This document shows positions 1-12,607 of a stretch of DNA of 64,000 bases, piece after piece (the first letter of the stretch is position 1; every line of letters starts with the position of its first letter). Both the position numbers and the translations under genes were made by a program. A model generated the notes under the pieces. It saw only the letters and a list, made by a program, of their open reading frames with translations. It had not been told where the DNA came from and made no database searches. This stretch comes from Dipteris shenzhenensis. Lineage: Eukaryota. Where the stretch lies: the NCBI GenBank assembly GCA_047967505.1, contig CM106538.1. The stretch is one strand, 5' to 3'.

Positions 1-149
1 TATATTGGCCACCACTTGTACTTTCTCTTTATCCATTTGCAACTACTTCATTTTCCTCAGTTCCTTTGCATTATTCCATTGCTCGCACCCAACACTCAAT
101 ACATTATTGGTCGATTGACTATGTTATGGTTATCCAGTGAGTATGGTTT

Positions 150-700
150 TTAATGCGAACATGCAAGAGCATGAAATCATATCATGCAAGTTTCAAACCT
201 TCCTATGTATAACGCCTTACTGACAACTATACTAGACAAAGCATATGTCGAGCAAAAAAATCACATCAACCGTAGTATTTTTCAGCTCTCGCATAACACA
301 AGATGCACTATTGTTTTTGGAGGATGGACAAATATAAAAAGATGTCCATTATTGAATGCGATGATTATATCATCAAGAGGAGAGGCCTTTCATGAGTCCA
401 TTGACTCAAAAAATGGAGAAAGTCTGGCATTTACATAGCATAGTATTTTGGCAAAAACCATAATGGAGATAGGCCAGACAACGTTGTGCAAATTATCATG
501 GACAATGTGAAGAGTTATAACAATACTAGTAGAGTATTACAAAGAGAGTTTGAGCATTATAATATGCTCATGCCTTAAACTTGATCTTGAAAGATTGGTA
601 CAAGCATGTGCCATAGTTTAAGGAGATTATACATGATGCTCACCAAATTTGTTATGTTTATATGATAGCATAACGACTCAAGACAATATACAACTCAAGG
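150..700 (+). pseudogene. Degenerate hAT transposase fragment (DUF659-type region)
   Basis: ORF 184-438 reads CTIVFGGWTNIKRCPLLNAMIISSRGEAFHESID, comparable to CTITCDGWSDTRRRPIINIMVS...FLKSVD in the intact hAT at 59649. After a stop and frameshifts it continues as DNVVQIIMDN and AHALNLILKDW. Confidence 0.75.
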
Positions 701-2399
701 GTTGGATCCCCATGTTACAATTGCCTACAAGTACAAGAAGTTTGGGAGATTCCAAGTGCCTGCACCTAAGAAGTAGCCCCATCTAGCTCCCTGTCTTGTG
801 AGTGCAAGAACAAAAAACTATCCTTAGACTACACCATGGGGTGGGCTTAAGTTAAGAGAGGAAATTACCTCTCAAATAAAAAGGGCTTGAAATGGACCAA
901 TGGGCTCGCTATTTATGAAGAGCAGTGCTACTATTTCCAATACTATGCTCGATATCGACAGTAATAGTAATATTATCAACATAATAGCACCATCATCACC
1001 AATACTAGTGCAACTATCGATGATCCAAATTCTCGCCAATTTTATTGCTAATACTTACAACATATTTTGGCGGTTGAGGTCCTTCTACTAGAGGTAAATT
1101 GATCATGTACCAGCAATACCATATATAACACCAACATAAATTACCGATTCTAAATTTGTTTATACTAGGAAGATTTTTTCATGATTGCATTCGTCATTGC
1201 ATGAAAATGATGTTCTCGTACAAAAGCCACATTAAAAATGCATGTGATTATGTCAATATGCAATCCTTGAATTTCAATAGAATTAAGCGACTACTAGTAG
1301 TGACATGGAAGCACCATCATCATAGCCAACTACTGAGGTCAATTGATAGATGATTCAAGCCCCACCTTAAACTTCATCATGGTTAATCACGCTTCTCTTC
1401 GAAATGCTTTAGCATGGATGTTGGTTGACAAATTACGAGTTCCATAAATTTTAAACTTTTGAAAACCTAATTACCAAATCATAATGCACTAACACAATAA
1501 TCCACAAAAAGATTAATATAAAAAGTTGTCATATCAATGTGACTTGGACCCTCTTAGGTGAAGATTACCACCATGGATACATGAGTAAACAAGGCCACCA
1601 CTAAGTCATGCTAGAGTAATGTAAAGTAACTCAAACAAATAATAAAATATAGGGGATAAAATGGGAGGAGAGAAGGGTAAAAGAGGGAGGCACAACATAG
1701 ATGATGAGCGAGGGTCCCCATAACTAGGGAGGGGGGAAGTGGAGCCCTGTGTCATACGTTTAATAACCTATCATGAGGCAGGTGTCATAAATTTAGCAAG
1801 GGGCCCACACAAACTTCAACTCCAAAAAATATGACCAACCATAACAGCCCAATCCACATTTTGATACCACTATGAATGTGAACTTAACCTTGCAACTCTC
1901 ACTTTTCATGCATTACAAGAACACCGACTACAAAGATTGTCATCATTGGGTGGTATCTTGGACTTTTTAGTTATTTACATAAACATCACCTATGATTTTG
2001 AAATCTTGTCATGAGGTTCTTCATTATCTACATCTTGTATGCTATACTATTCAACAATGTTGTCCTCAAACAATTTCCTAATTGCTCAAGTATTGCTTGT
2101 TATTTGTAAAGAAAAATGTTAATTTCTAAAAGTGATACAGCTATAGCTTTCTTCAAAGGGCGTGTTCAGTAAGCTTGATCTTCAGCTTATTTTAGCTTGA
2201 TAATTATTTTGCAGTGTACCAAATTAAACTGAATTGGGGTCTTTTTATTTGAACAAGCTGCCATGTCAATACAAAGGAACCCAATTCGAATTGGGACCTC
2301 AATGACACTAATTGTAAAGCTTTCAATCAATGCATCAACTTGTTACCTTTTTTTTGGCTTTCATGGCCTATACCTCAGTAGCCAGAATGAACCGCATGT

Positions 2400-4450
2400 C
2401 TTAGACAGTGGCCAAAGCTTAAAAAAGGAGGCATCTATAACATAAACTCAGTTTGTATGATTGCAATCACCTTCTAACCTGCATAGGAGTTCACCATAGG
2501 TCCTCCTGAGCTCAAAAATAATTATTGTGAACCTTTTTCATCACCATGCTTAGCCACATGAGTAAAGTTCTTTCAGAATGCGGACCTCTGCAAAATATGA
2601 CATAAGAACTTCAGTATGGTACTAATTAAACAAGTCACACTCAAAATGTAAAAAGATGATCTCAGATTTAATAATGAACAAAGATATAGTATCGCATTTA
2701 CCATGTGCAGCCACTCTGTCATCTTTCTGCAAGCAGAGTCACCAACATCGAGGTGGTACCATGGAGTGTGAGGACAGAAACTCGACCATTTCTTGTCAGG
2801 AGCAATTAACATGTGGTACCATGGATATGCATGGCTTTCACAGATAAGACTCCCATGTTGACCAAGAATACAAATCTGAATGACTTCAGGACCCTGCCCA
2901 AAAAGACTAAATACAAAATTAGCAGCCCAGTTTTGACCTAATAGCAGTCACACACACACACCAACAATACCCTCGCAGTGGAATGATGGTTCCCATGAAT
3001 CACGATCACAAACATGTGCACACAAATATCTGAAAGAAGCACTCACAGACCTGGAGGAATAGTAAATACTTGAATAACTCTAGTCCTGCAGCGGAAGAAT
3101 GAGTTTGCATGAGTCGCACTTCTCAGATCCCACAGATGTGTGCACACAAACATATGAAAGCAGCACTCACACCTGGAGAAAACACTGCCAATGGCTTCCC
3201 AATCTCCAACACGCCAAAAAACTCTGCAATGAAGCCTCCCTCTCTGTCTGCCCAAAAGGTCCTCACTTTCCATTCTCTCATCTAAGAACTCCAGAACAAG
3301 CAGTATACCCAAAGCAATCTCTTGAAATCACCAAAACAACTTCCCCACCTCCGTTGCAGTCCACTAACTCTCATGGGATCATGGCTAGCCATATAGCTCC
3401 ATTGGGACTTGTCCCACGTTGCCTACCATCATAACAAACCAAGCACCTGGTTGTAGTGCCTACCATTGGTGGAAGTCCATCAACCACAACATCACACCTC
3501 TAAGCTCTAGTCTAATGCAACAGCTTCTGTCTCCACGCTCCTTGTGTCGTTGATATAAGTGTCTTGCCTCATCCTCATCTCCTCTAGTGATAACTGCTAC
3601 ATCCTCATGCTTGCTGGCTGATCAACTCCAGTTGCTGTTCACTATTTCCAAAGACTCTGGATCTCTAGGTTCAATCGAGCAACCACTCGATGTCTGACAC
3701 AAATGTGGTGACTTCACTGTCTGCATATTTCACCTCAGTGTTTCACGAAGCAGCCCCTACGAAGGACTCTTCAATTACCAGAGTATGTGCGATCATCTAA
3801 ATTTTGAATCTTCAAGGGTTGTCCTCCTTCAAAATCATGCATGCTTCCAAGGTAGCGTCCACATGCTCAATACTTCCACAAGTGAGTTTACAGGTGTAGC
3901 TACCTTCCCTGTATTATCCACTCTATCTTGTGGCTTTTGAAAACTTTTACGCCACCACATGATCCTCACCTTCCACGGCAAGAGTAATTACTCCCATCTA
4001 GCTTGCCTCCCTCCCTGAAGTTGAGAATCGGCATCCTTGAATCCACGGATCTAGTAAAAATCGGAAGTTACACAAACCCCATGTGTCACTACAAGGCAAC
4101 AAGGATAAGAATTCTCAGACAAACCCACGAGCTAAAAGGCACTAAGGCGGGGTTCACACCACCTGCCTGACCATCCTGAAAAAGGGATTGTTGGAAGGCC
4201 AAAAAGACTGTTCGCATGGCATTTCAACTATCCACTCCACCAATCAAGCATTGGTGTAATTGAATGGCAGCCCTCTCCATATCACTTGACCACTGGGTCG
4301 TGTGAACCACACCCGGCAGCCATCCTCTCTTCCTCCATGGGCAGGCTCTGAACCCACCCTAAGATTTGGATATCTAAGGAGCTCACGCCGCCCAACTCAA
4401 ACAAAGAATTGAGCTCACTAAAGTGAAGGAAGCCAGGAAAGCAGGCACAT
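2400..4450 (-). mobile_element. Possible highly decayed LINE ORF1/endonuclease remnant
   Basis: Only weak, frameshifted similarity, e.g. a zinc-knuckle-like CG-x3-H stretch near 3860-3890. No clean motif set. Confidence 0.3.
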
Positions 4451-6657
4451 GGGCGCTCCATAGGTAAGGAGAAGCACTGATTAGGAAATTCAAATCTAAG
4501 CTTAAAGGCTCTCAGCCTTTAAACTGATGTAATGAAGGTCATCCTACAATATAAGTAGAACATAGTTACGTCCTATAATAATTTTGGAGCTACTTTATGC
4601 ACTCAACAAGAGCTGCCACGTGCAATCCCCCGACTCTCTGATACTCAGACATATAATAAGTACTCTTTTTGGTTGTACTTTGTCTCATAGGCCCATGAGG
4701 CCTTTTGAAGACGTTAATCTCTCTCTCTCTCTCTCTCACACACACACTCACATCCTCATTCTCTCTCTCCTAGCTTCTAATTCCCCTTCCAGTTGCTATT
4801 CAAATTGTAAGAAAGGATCTCGATTGGGTGGTTCTGTGTTTCTTCCCACCGATTACATATTGTGAGGTCCAGCCAGACTCCACTCCAAGGGTGAGGGCAA
4901 TTACTTATTTTTTTCAGTCAAACACGGACCAGCAGTACCCAAGGAGACGATGCAGCCGAGACCCAAAGCAAGAGACATGACAGACCCCCCAGCGCACTCG
5001 CACACAGATGAGGCTTGGGATCTTCCCTCCATGTTTGTTGGACCAGGGGCACAGCCGTCGAGGATGACAATAGCACTTGTCCGATGGAGACCACAGCAGG
5101 CCACACAGGTTGATCAACATCAGCGCTCTATCAAGGGTTTTATCCCTCCATGGTGCCCATCCCTGCGGCAAAGCTTGTCTGCTGAGAGCCTCCTATCTAT
5201 GCTCAATTGCCTAGTGGACTTGGTTCCTCAGACAGCATACAGAGGACCATCACATTGATACCAAATTACAGATCCATCTGGGAAAGCTATAGAAATAACC
5301 AGCAAAGAGCCTATTTCATGAAAAGTCCAATGGATCAAGTGTCAGATTGAAATGCACAGATGACTCTTAGACACTGTTCAGCATTTCCATATTGTGAATT
5401 GAGGTAACCTGAAATATTGCACCTCAGCTGCATCCCCCAGCTCCCAAGTGTTTGCAATATCACCAATTATAGTGCCCATCAATATTGAGCAGGAGCAGCC
5501 CCAGCATCCATTCTCGTTCGACCATTACAAGGGAGGCAAATGCTCAGCAGAAAAGAGTTTGGCCAGTACAGATAGCCTAGCCAGTACAGTCTGATTTGCA
5601 AGCTCAGCCTGGTCAGTCCACTTTAGCAACCAAGGCCATTTATATTTGACACTATATCAATAAGGGCCAGTCATACCCTCACATGTGGCAGCGGTGGATG
5701 TCAGGACTGAGTAAGGGCAGCAAATCGAGTTCGTCAGCCAGCAGGAGGGCTCAGCCTGCATATAAGGATACATCCAGCTCTCCACCATTCTGACATCAAA
5801 TCTTTGCAAGAAAACCTCCGTAGCAAGCAACAGGGAGCAGCAGTAAAGCAGCCAGTCGGCATGTAGCATGTAGGCTCATCATGGGTCCCTAATATGAGCC
5901 AAATGTTGAGGATTGAGGGCACAGCAGGACACCTGGAGTCATGTCCACAAGCATCTTGGAAAGTATGCAATGTGACTTGAAAGAGAAAAAAAAAGTGCTT
6001 ATTGCTCATATATCATTTTTAAAAATGTATGATACTGCATCAGATGGCCAAAGAATGTATCAAATATGCTTTCTCTAGTCCACCACCTTTTGTGTGGGAG
6101 GGAGAAAATGAATCTGCAGTAGAGGATGAGGCATGATCTACAAACGGGAACCTAATTTTTCATTTATGCCCCTTCATTAACTGAATGAAGAGTCAAGACA
6201 CTTCGAATTATGCCCCCAACATTAATAAAATTTATTGACCTCTGGTGACCAACGTTGTGGGGGTTCCCCTTATCCGTAGCAGTTGGAATATAAGCCTGTT
6301 CATGCATGCTTTTCTTAACTGCAGAGTAGTTAAGGCACTTCGAGGTTATGAACCCAATAAAGAGCTCATGGGACTTTCAATACAGTCAGACGGTGGCATA
6401 GTCTCATAAGTACAATGGCATTTAGCTTTTAAATATAAATTTAAGCAACATTCGACTGTGGACAAAGCTACTATGAACAAAAACCCAACAAGAAAAATTA
6501 CAATGATCTCACCATTTTCCTTTTGGCAGGAGGAGAATTAGTGTGGAAGCAGGAGACATACCAAGTTTTAATCACATTACTGTTGTAGCGTTATCCTTTC
6601 AATTGAGAGCAACATTTTTGTCTTATACCCACTGACGAGGAAGTGAGCCATCTGATT

Positions 6658-9135
6658 TTATGCATCTCCATGCTCAACTGACTGAATATGATTGCCACAA
6701 TCTCCCATTGCCATTTCCTTCAGCAGTTCAGATGCAGCTTGTGTCTGTCCTGCTTTCTTGAGGTTAAGGTACAGTACCCTATAGAACCTGATCTCAGGAA
6801 TTAAACCCCTCCCTTTCATTTTGCCAAGCAGATCCAAAGCTTCTGACAGTTTTTCTGAGCTACAAAGAGCACGAATAACAATGAAGTAAGTGCTCAAATC
6901 AGGACGGCACCATTTGCCATCCATTTCATCAACCAACTCAAGAGCCTTTTCCACGTTGCCAGCCTTGCAATAACCCTCTATTATGGGATTGAAAGAGTTG
7001 ACAACAGGCTTCAAGCCTATGGTTGCTATTTGATCTAGAAGTAGAATAGCTTCTTCAAGCTTGTCTGCTTTTGAATAGCCATTGATCATTGTATTAAAAG
7101 TCACCACAGTAGGGTTACAATCATTTTTCTTCATTTCTTCAACTATACTTTTAGCTTCTGCCATTTGTCCAGCTTTACAGAGGACATCAATCAACATATT
7201 ATACGAAACAGTATCTGGGACGAAGCCTTTTTTCTCACTTTCTGACATGAACTTGTTAAGCATGTCAAACTTCTCTGCTTTACAACAACCAAGGATCCAT
7301 GAACTGTACGTTAGACAGTTAGGAGCACATCCTCTTTGCATCATTTCCTTCAAGATTTGTTCAGCTTCGGTCCAATTGCCAGCCTTACACATTGCATTTG
7401 TTAAAATGCTGTAAGTATGAACACTTGGGATGCAAAACTTTGACATTTTTTTAAGAAGCTTGTGTGCATCACAAACTTTCCCAAACTTGCAAAGGCTGTC
7501 AATCATAGAATTGAACAAAAACGAATTCAGTGTACATTCCCCCTTGTCTATCACAGCATCCAAGAGACTAAGAGCCTCTGGAAATCTTCGTGCCCTGCTA
7601 AGCCCACTAACAACTGTGCTGTAAGTGACGACGTTAGGAATACAACCATCCCCTGTCATTTCTCCGAAAATTTGAAGTGCCTCATCCACCATGTCTGCAA
7701 TGCACAAGCCATGCAGCAAAGTATTGTACGTTACAACGTTTGGAAATATTCTTCTTTCTTTCATTTCGTTCCATAATTTTCTAGATCCCTGAATGTGGCC
7801 TTTGCGGCAAAATGCATTGATAACTGCATTGTAGGTTATCAAGTCCGGGCTGACGCCTTTGCATCGCATTTCCTCAAATAGTCCGCGGGCCTGATCCAGG
7901 TCGCCTGATTTAGATAATCCATCGATGAGAGCACTATACGTGACTACATCGGGAGCAAGCTCACGGCCAACCATGTCATGGAAGAATGCAAGCGCTTCCT
8001 TTGCTTTTCCTACACTTAAAAACCCTGTTATCAGAGTGTTAAATGTAACTAAATTAGGAAGGCAACCTGCCTCTTCGTGCATTCTATGGAAGAGTTCCAA
8101 GGAACTATCTACACAATTTTCTTTTAGAGCAGCATCGAGGGCACAATTAAAATGGTAAACATCTGGGTTGAAACCAAACAGAATTCGTGATTGATTCAGA
8201 AGATCAACAATAGCCTCCACCATCCCAGCCCAACCATAGCCACGGATCAGAACAGTTAGCTTACGAGGAGTCATTATAAAATTTGGCCGACGATACTGAT
8301 GCAGATAGGAGAGCACAGTCTTAATTCTTTTGTGCTCATGGGGCCAAAAGTTGGAGATGGTATTGATAACAGATTTGTCAGGGTTTAAGGAAGGGTTTTG
8401 CTGGATGGCCCAAACAAATATGCGAAGCGCGAGTTTGGCCTCAGATTGTTGTTGGAGGAGCAGGGAAAGCTGCTGAGATGTAAGGGGTGGCAAGTTCGCT
8501 TGACAAAGAGCATCTTCAACAGAGATGGATGTACAGCGATGGCCCAGGATGGAGCAAGCATGCTGCACAATTGGAGGAAGGCGAGGCTTAGGAAGTTGAG
8601 CTGTTAAAGAGGCTTTGTTTTCACCATCTCTAAATCTTCTAAAGCCACCTAAGCCTTCAATGCCACTGTTGCAAGCGTTGCTAGTGTTGCTTGTAGCTGT
8701 GGGCGCCGATGACGATGAGAATCGACAGACAAAGAGACGAGCAAAGTATGAAGTATAAAAATGCCCAGTTCCGATTCTATGACATGTCTCAGTGCTTCCA
8801 AAGCAGCTGCTGAATCTGCTGCTTGGATGAATGCTTGTGTTTGCTTTGCACCTACTTGAGACAATGGGGTCACCGGGTGAAGAGAGCAGCTGATGGAAGG
8901 GCAGAAGAAGAGGAGGGGGGAAAGAGAGGGTTACATTTAGGAGGTGGGCAGAGATGAAGACAACGTGAGAAGCTTCAATGCTTCTGTTTGGGCTGCGGCT
9001 GCTAGTGGGCGTGCTGCAGGCAGATGAGAGTGAGCCAACTGCGAAGAAGCGGGAAGATGATGCCGGGAAAAGGCAGGGGGAAAGGCGATGGAGATGGGTA
9101 TGGCGAGGGAGGTGGAGGAGAGCTCGCTCCCTCAT
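6658..9135 (-). CDS. P-class pentatricopeptide repeat (PPR) protein, about 15 motifs, intronless, probable organelle targeting
   Basis: Uninterrupted 825-aa ORF with tandem 35-aa repeats (e.g. PDVVTYSALIDGLSKSGDLDQARGLFEEMRCKGVS). Ser/Arg-rich N-terminus; no E/DYW domain. The true start codon is uncertain. Confidence 0.95.
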   Translation of the reverse strand: MRERALLHLPRHTHLHRLSPCLFPASSSRFFAVGSLSSACSTPTSSRSPNRSIEASHVVFISAHLLNVTLSFPPPLLLPFHQLLSSPGDPIVSSRCKANTSIHPSSRFSSCFGSTETCHRIGTGHFYTSYFARLFVCRFSSSSAPTATSNTSNACNSGIEGLGGFRRFRDGENKASLTAQLPKPRLPPIVQHACSILGHRCTSISVEDALCQANLPPLTSQQLSLLLQQQSEAKLALRIFVWAIQQNPSLNPDKSVINTISNFWPHEHKRIKTVLSYLHQYRRPNFIMTPRKLTVLIRGYGWAGMVEAIVDLLNQSRILFGFNPDVYHFNCALDAALKENCVDSSLELFHRMHEEAGCLPNLVTFNTLITGFLSVGKAKEALAFFHDMVGRELAPDVVTYSALIDGLSKSGDLDQARGLFEEMRCKGVSPDLITYNAVINAFCRKGHIQGSRKLWNEMKERRIFPNVVTYNTLLHGLCIADMVDEALQIFGEMTGDGCIPNVVTYSTVVSGLSRARRFPEALSLLDAVIDKGECTLNSFLFNSMIDSLCKFGKVCDAHKLLKKMSKFCIPSVHTYSILTNAMCKAGNWTEAEQILKEMMQRGCAPNCLTYSSWILGCCKAEKFDMLNKFMSESEKKGFVPDTVSYNMLIDVLCKAGQMAEAKSIVEEMKKNDCNPTVVTFNTMINGYSKADKLEEAILLLDQIATIGLKPVVNSFNPIIEGYCKAGNVEKALELVDEMDGKWCRPDLSTYFIVIRALCSSEKLSEALDLLGKMKGRGLIPEIRFYRVLYLNLKKAGQTQAASELLKEMAMGDCGNHIQSVEHGDA

Positions 9136-9221
9136 CGTGGTGTGGTTTCGTGAGTGGGAGAGCTCCCCTTCTCCCTAAACCCTCCCAAGGAGCGAGTTAA
9201 GCTGGGTTTAAGACAGACTTA

Positions 9222-11972
9222 GTGGATAATGTAAAAGGAGTTTTGAGGCACTTTAGACGAACTGGCATGACTCCAGCAAAACACCGAAGATTTCTTGACG
9301 GCCACTATAGACATACTCTCTTTAAATCTCGCCTCCAACCCGTTGTTAAAGCAATACAAGACAATGCTCGAAAGACCTCATCCAAGACTAGGGATCAGTG
9401 TTGTCTCGTCAGACGCTATCGCAACAATACTAGAAAAACACTCTCCCGATTCTCCATTTGAGGCGATGGGTGCTGCACATGAAAGGAACTACTCGTCTAT
9501 ATTGGAATGCATTGACCAAGTTCACAATAAGTCACAGTTCTCTAGGCCGGCAACTAGAGATGTTGGGTCGATCGTCGTACGTACAAAAGAAAAGTCAAGG
9601 GAGCAAGCGGCAGTCGCCACAAGAAACGACATGATAGAAGGTGAGGAACTGACGATCGAGAGTGCCCTCTGTCCATTTCTTTCCCCTTTTGGGCATGGTT
9701 GGCATGATGGTCGTCTTTTCTTCCATGACTATTTAAAAATGAGGGTGTCTCCATTCTTCTCGCTATTCACATTGTACAGGCCATATCTTTTGCTAATGTA
9801 TCAACTCCGTCAAGCATTTGCGATAGCAAACGAGACACAAACAGCTATCCTTCAAAGAGACATCGATCAAAGTGCCGTGAACGACCACTGAGGAGTTGGT
9901 AAGGGACATAATCAAATTCGAGATCCCAGCAACAATCCCAGACTCTCCCTCCTAGCATAGAAGAAACCTAAAGGATCTAATGGCAATGGTGGATAAGTGG
10001 GGTCTACCATGTATATTCTTGCCATTAACAGCTATTGAGGTTACAGACACACGATGGCTAGAGTTTCACGATCTCGAGCAACTCGTAAAGCAATACAACC
10101 CACAGTTCGCTTGGCAAGATTGCCTTGTCGAGTGTGCCATGATTTTCCACCTCAGGTTGCAATAGTTCTTGCACCAATATATTTTTAGCAACAACCGCTT
10201 GTTGGGAAGAGTCAATCATTACTTGATTAGGTATGAAATGCAAAATCATGGATCACTTCATACGCACAGTATGCTATGGCTCCATCATGATGATGTCGAG
10301 CAAGTGATTTATGAAAAAGATCCCCACGTTCCATATGAAGAAGACCGGGTTCCACAGCTTTCACATGCTTCTTCAAAGATGAAACTACGTAGGTTGGTGC
10401 AAAGAAAGCAGATCCATAATTGCAGCAATTCTTGCAAGCGTGATCTGCAAATTTTAGGCAAATGCAAGTATGGCTTTCGATTTGATTACCATCCAGACAC
10501 AAAGCCATCAAAATAGATCCAAAGACACATCGATGGTTGTATTTCCTCCCAATCAAAAGCACCAAAATGTTGTACCATATCATGCTACAGTCCTGTTATT
10601 ATGGCAAGGAAATATGAATATTCAAAGAATCACAAATAGTACTATCTGCTGCTAAAGTATGCTATGAAAACAAAACCAATAGGAAGACTAAACCTAAATG
10701 CCGAGGACCACAAGCGACTGGGTCTTGAGACACTAGATCCATTGAAGCTAAAGATGATCTCATCATACGTCTTATCAAAACCAACGTCACCAAACGAGGC
10801 TTTGCAAAACTATTGTGTCGCAACAATGCATCCAATTGACACTTACTGTGCACGTCTGGCCATACTAGAGCACCTCACACTTCCGCAGTATTTGAAATCG
10901 TTCATGCGCCAAAAGGAACGAAGGCACGAGAGAACCCATGCAATGCTAAAGAAGGTCCCCTTCAGGAATGAGAACGAATTGCTCTCGACATCCAATCAAA
11001 CAAGGTCGTACTTTTTGGAATGTCACATGCGTGGGATTATCCAGACAGAGCAAGACATCGATACACTCGTCTCGAATTACTATAAGATTCATATGCTTGT
11101 TGATGAGACAAGACAACAAATAACCAACATGATCTTGCAAAAGAGTCCTCTGCAAGCCATGGATGATACTTCTCTAACCATTTGTGAGGATGGAAGCGAC
11201 AACACAATCGAGAGGAGCCGAATCAAGATTCTGCAACTACTAGATGAAATTAAAGGCATGGAAAATAGTACGCTTACAGAAGACCAAAGTGCTATCTACA
11301 AAAACATCTTCGAGACAAAAGGCGGGCTACACATTGTTTGTAGAATACCAAGCTCAGGTAAGACATTCATGATCAAGTACATTACATACAATCACATTCT
11401 ACACAAAAAATCCATAGTTCTGTCAGCAATAACTGGTGTTGCAACACTACACTTGAGCCACCTGCCATCATCAATTCGCCCTTCCAAAGAAGAATGATAT
11501 GTTTCGTAGCGCACTTGCCAATTCAGATGAATGCTACATTACTTTACTTGCAGCAGACACAATCATCATCGAAGATGAGATATCTATGATGACATCCCAA
11601 ATGATGAACCTGGTGGTTTGACAACTATGTGAGGTTTGCAACAACAGTACGCTAGACCCATTCCAATCCAAGAAGGTAATTCTTTTCGGTGACATGCAAC
11701 AACTACCATTAGTATGTAGAGTTGTTGCAAAGGACTATTGCCAAAAATGCCACATCAATAATTCGCCCTTATGGAGAATGGGAAGATTTCACTACATGTA
11801 CGCCTCCATATGGCACCTAGAAGATCCAGATTTCAATACATTCTTAAACATCATTTGCACATCACCAACAGAAGAGCAGATCAAACAATACCTCAGTGGC
11901 CTCATGATCACAAAAGAGGAAGCAGCAACATTCATCAACGCAGAGACGACTATTCTATGCACTCACAAATAG
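9222..11972 (+). mobile_element. Decayed Helitron Rep-Pif1 helicase (RepHel) coding region, group-2 (Helitron2/Helentron)-like
   Basis: Rep motif 1 GLPCIFLPLT (about 10000), HUH motif RYEMQNHGSLHTHSMLW (about 10230-10280), HNCSNSC...CKYGF, NVVPYH...LLW...NIQ, and Y-x-x-L-K-Y-A-M-K (about 10643-10670). Pif1 motifs: SGKTF (Walker A, about 11355), SAITGVA, IIEDEISM, ILFGDMQQLP. Multiple stops and frameshifts; the helicase breaks off after ILCTH. Confidence 0.9.
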
Positions 11973-12607
11973 GACAAATGCAAAGAGCTAATGTAGTCGG
12001 AGTACTACCAGCAGAATACATCTACAGATTCAATTCTCATGAAGAATATCATCCACTAATGACAAGAGTAATCTTGGTAGACAAACCAAAAGGGTCCAAC
12101 ACCGTCGTAGATGGGCTAATTAAGCACATCATACAGAAACTCTCAGATGGAAACAAATTAGTCAACGAACAATTGACTCGTTCGATGGCGCAAACACTCC
12201 TTGATAAATATGGCGAAGGAATATCCACGTACTGCATGACAATCCTATACTTTGCATTCAATGTCGACATCAAAGGGCTCACCCAATTAGACAAACAAGA
12301 AGCGGATAACATACTTCAGCAATTCAGAGACATATACGATATGGAGGCAGGTCTGTGGTTGCCAGTAACTATTGAAAAAGTGACATACAAGGTGGACCTA
12401 AAATTCGCTGAAGAACATTACAGGAAGGTAGAAACTATCTTCTCGGCACCAACAAAGATGAAAGCTAAAGGTAAAGTAGAGTTTACATAATTTTCTACTA
12501 TCTTGCTTTGAGAGCACCATGAAATTAAACTAACACTTTTCTCCACTGTATCCACAAACCTTGTAGAGACAAACCAACGTGGCAAAACTAAAAAGGAGAC
12601 TTTGGTA

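Noticed and set aside
4528-5254. Two adjacent solo-LTR-like segments (TGTAAT..ATTACA 4528-4857; TGTGA..TCACA 4861-5254)
   Set aside because: No matching 5-bp TSDs and no second copy in the window.
5657-6009. Cys-rich short minus-strand ORFs downstream of the PPR gene, preceded by an acceptor-like pyrimidine tract
   Set aside because: No recognisable protein in any frame; may be UTR or non-coding exon sequence.
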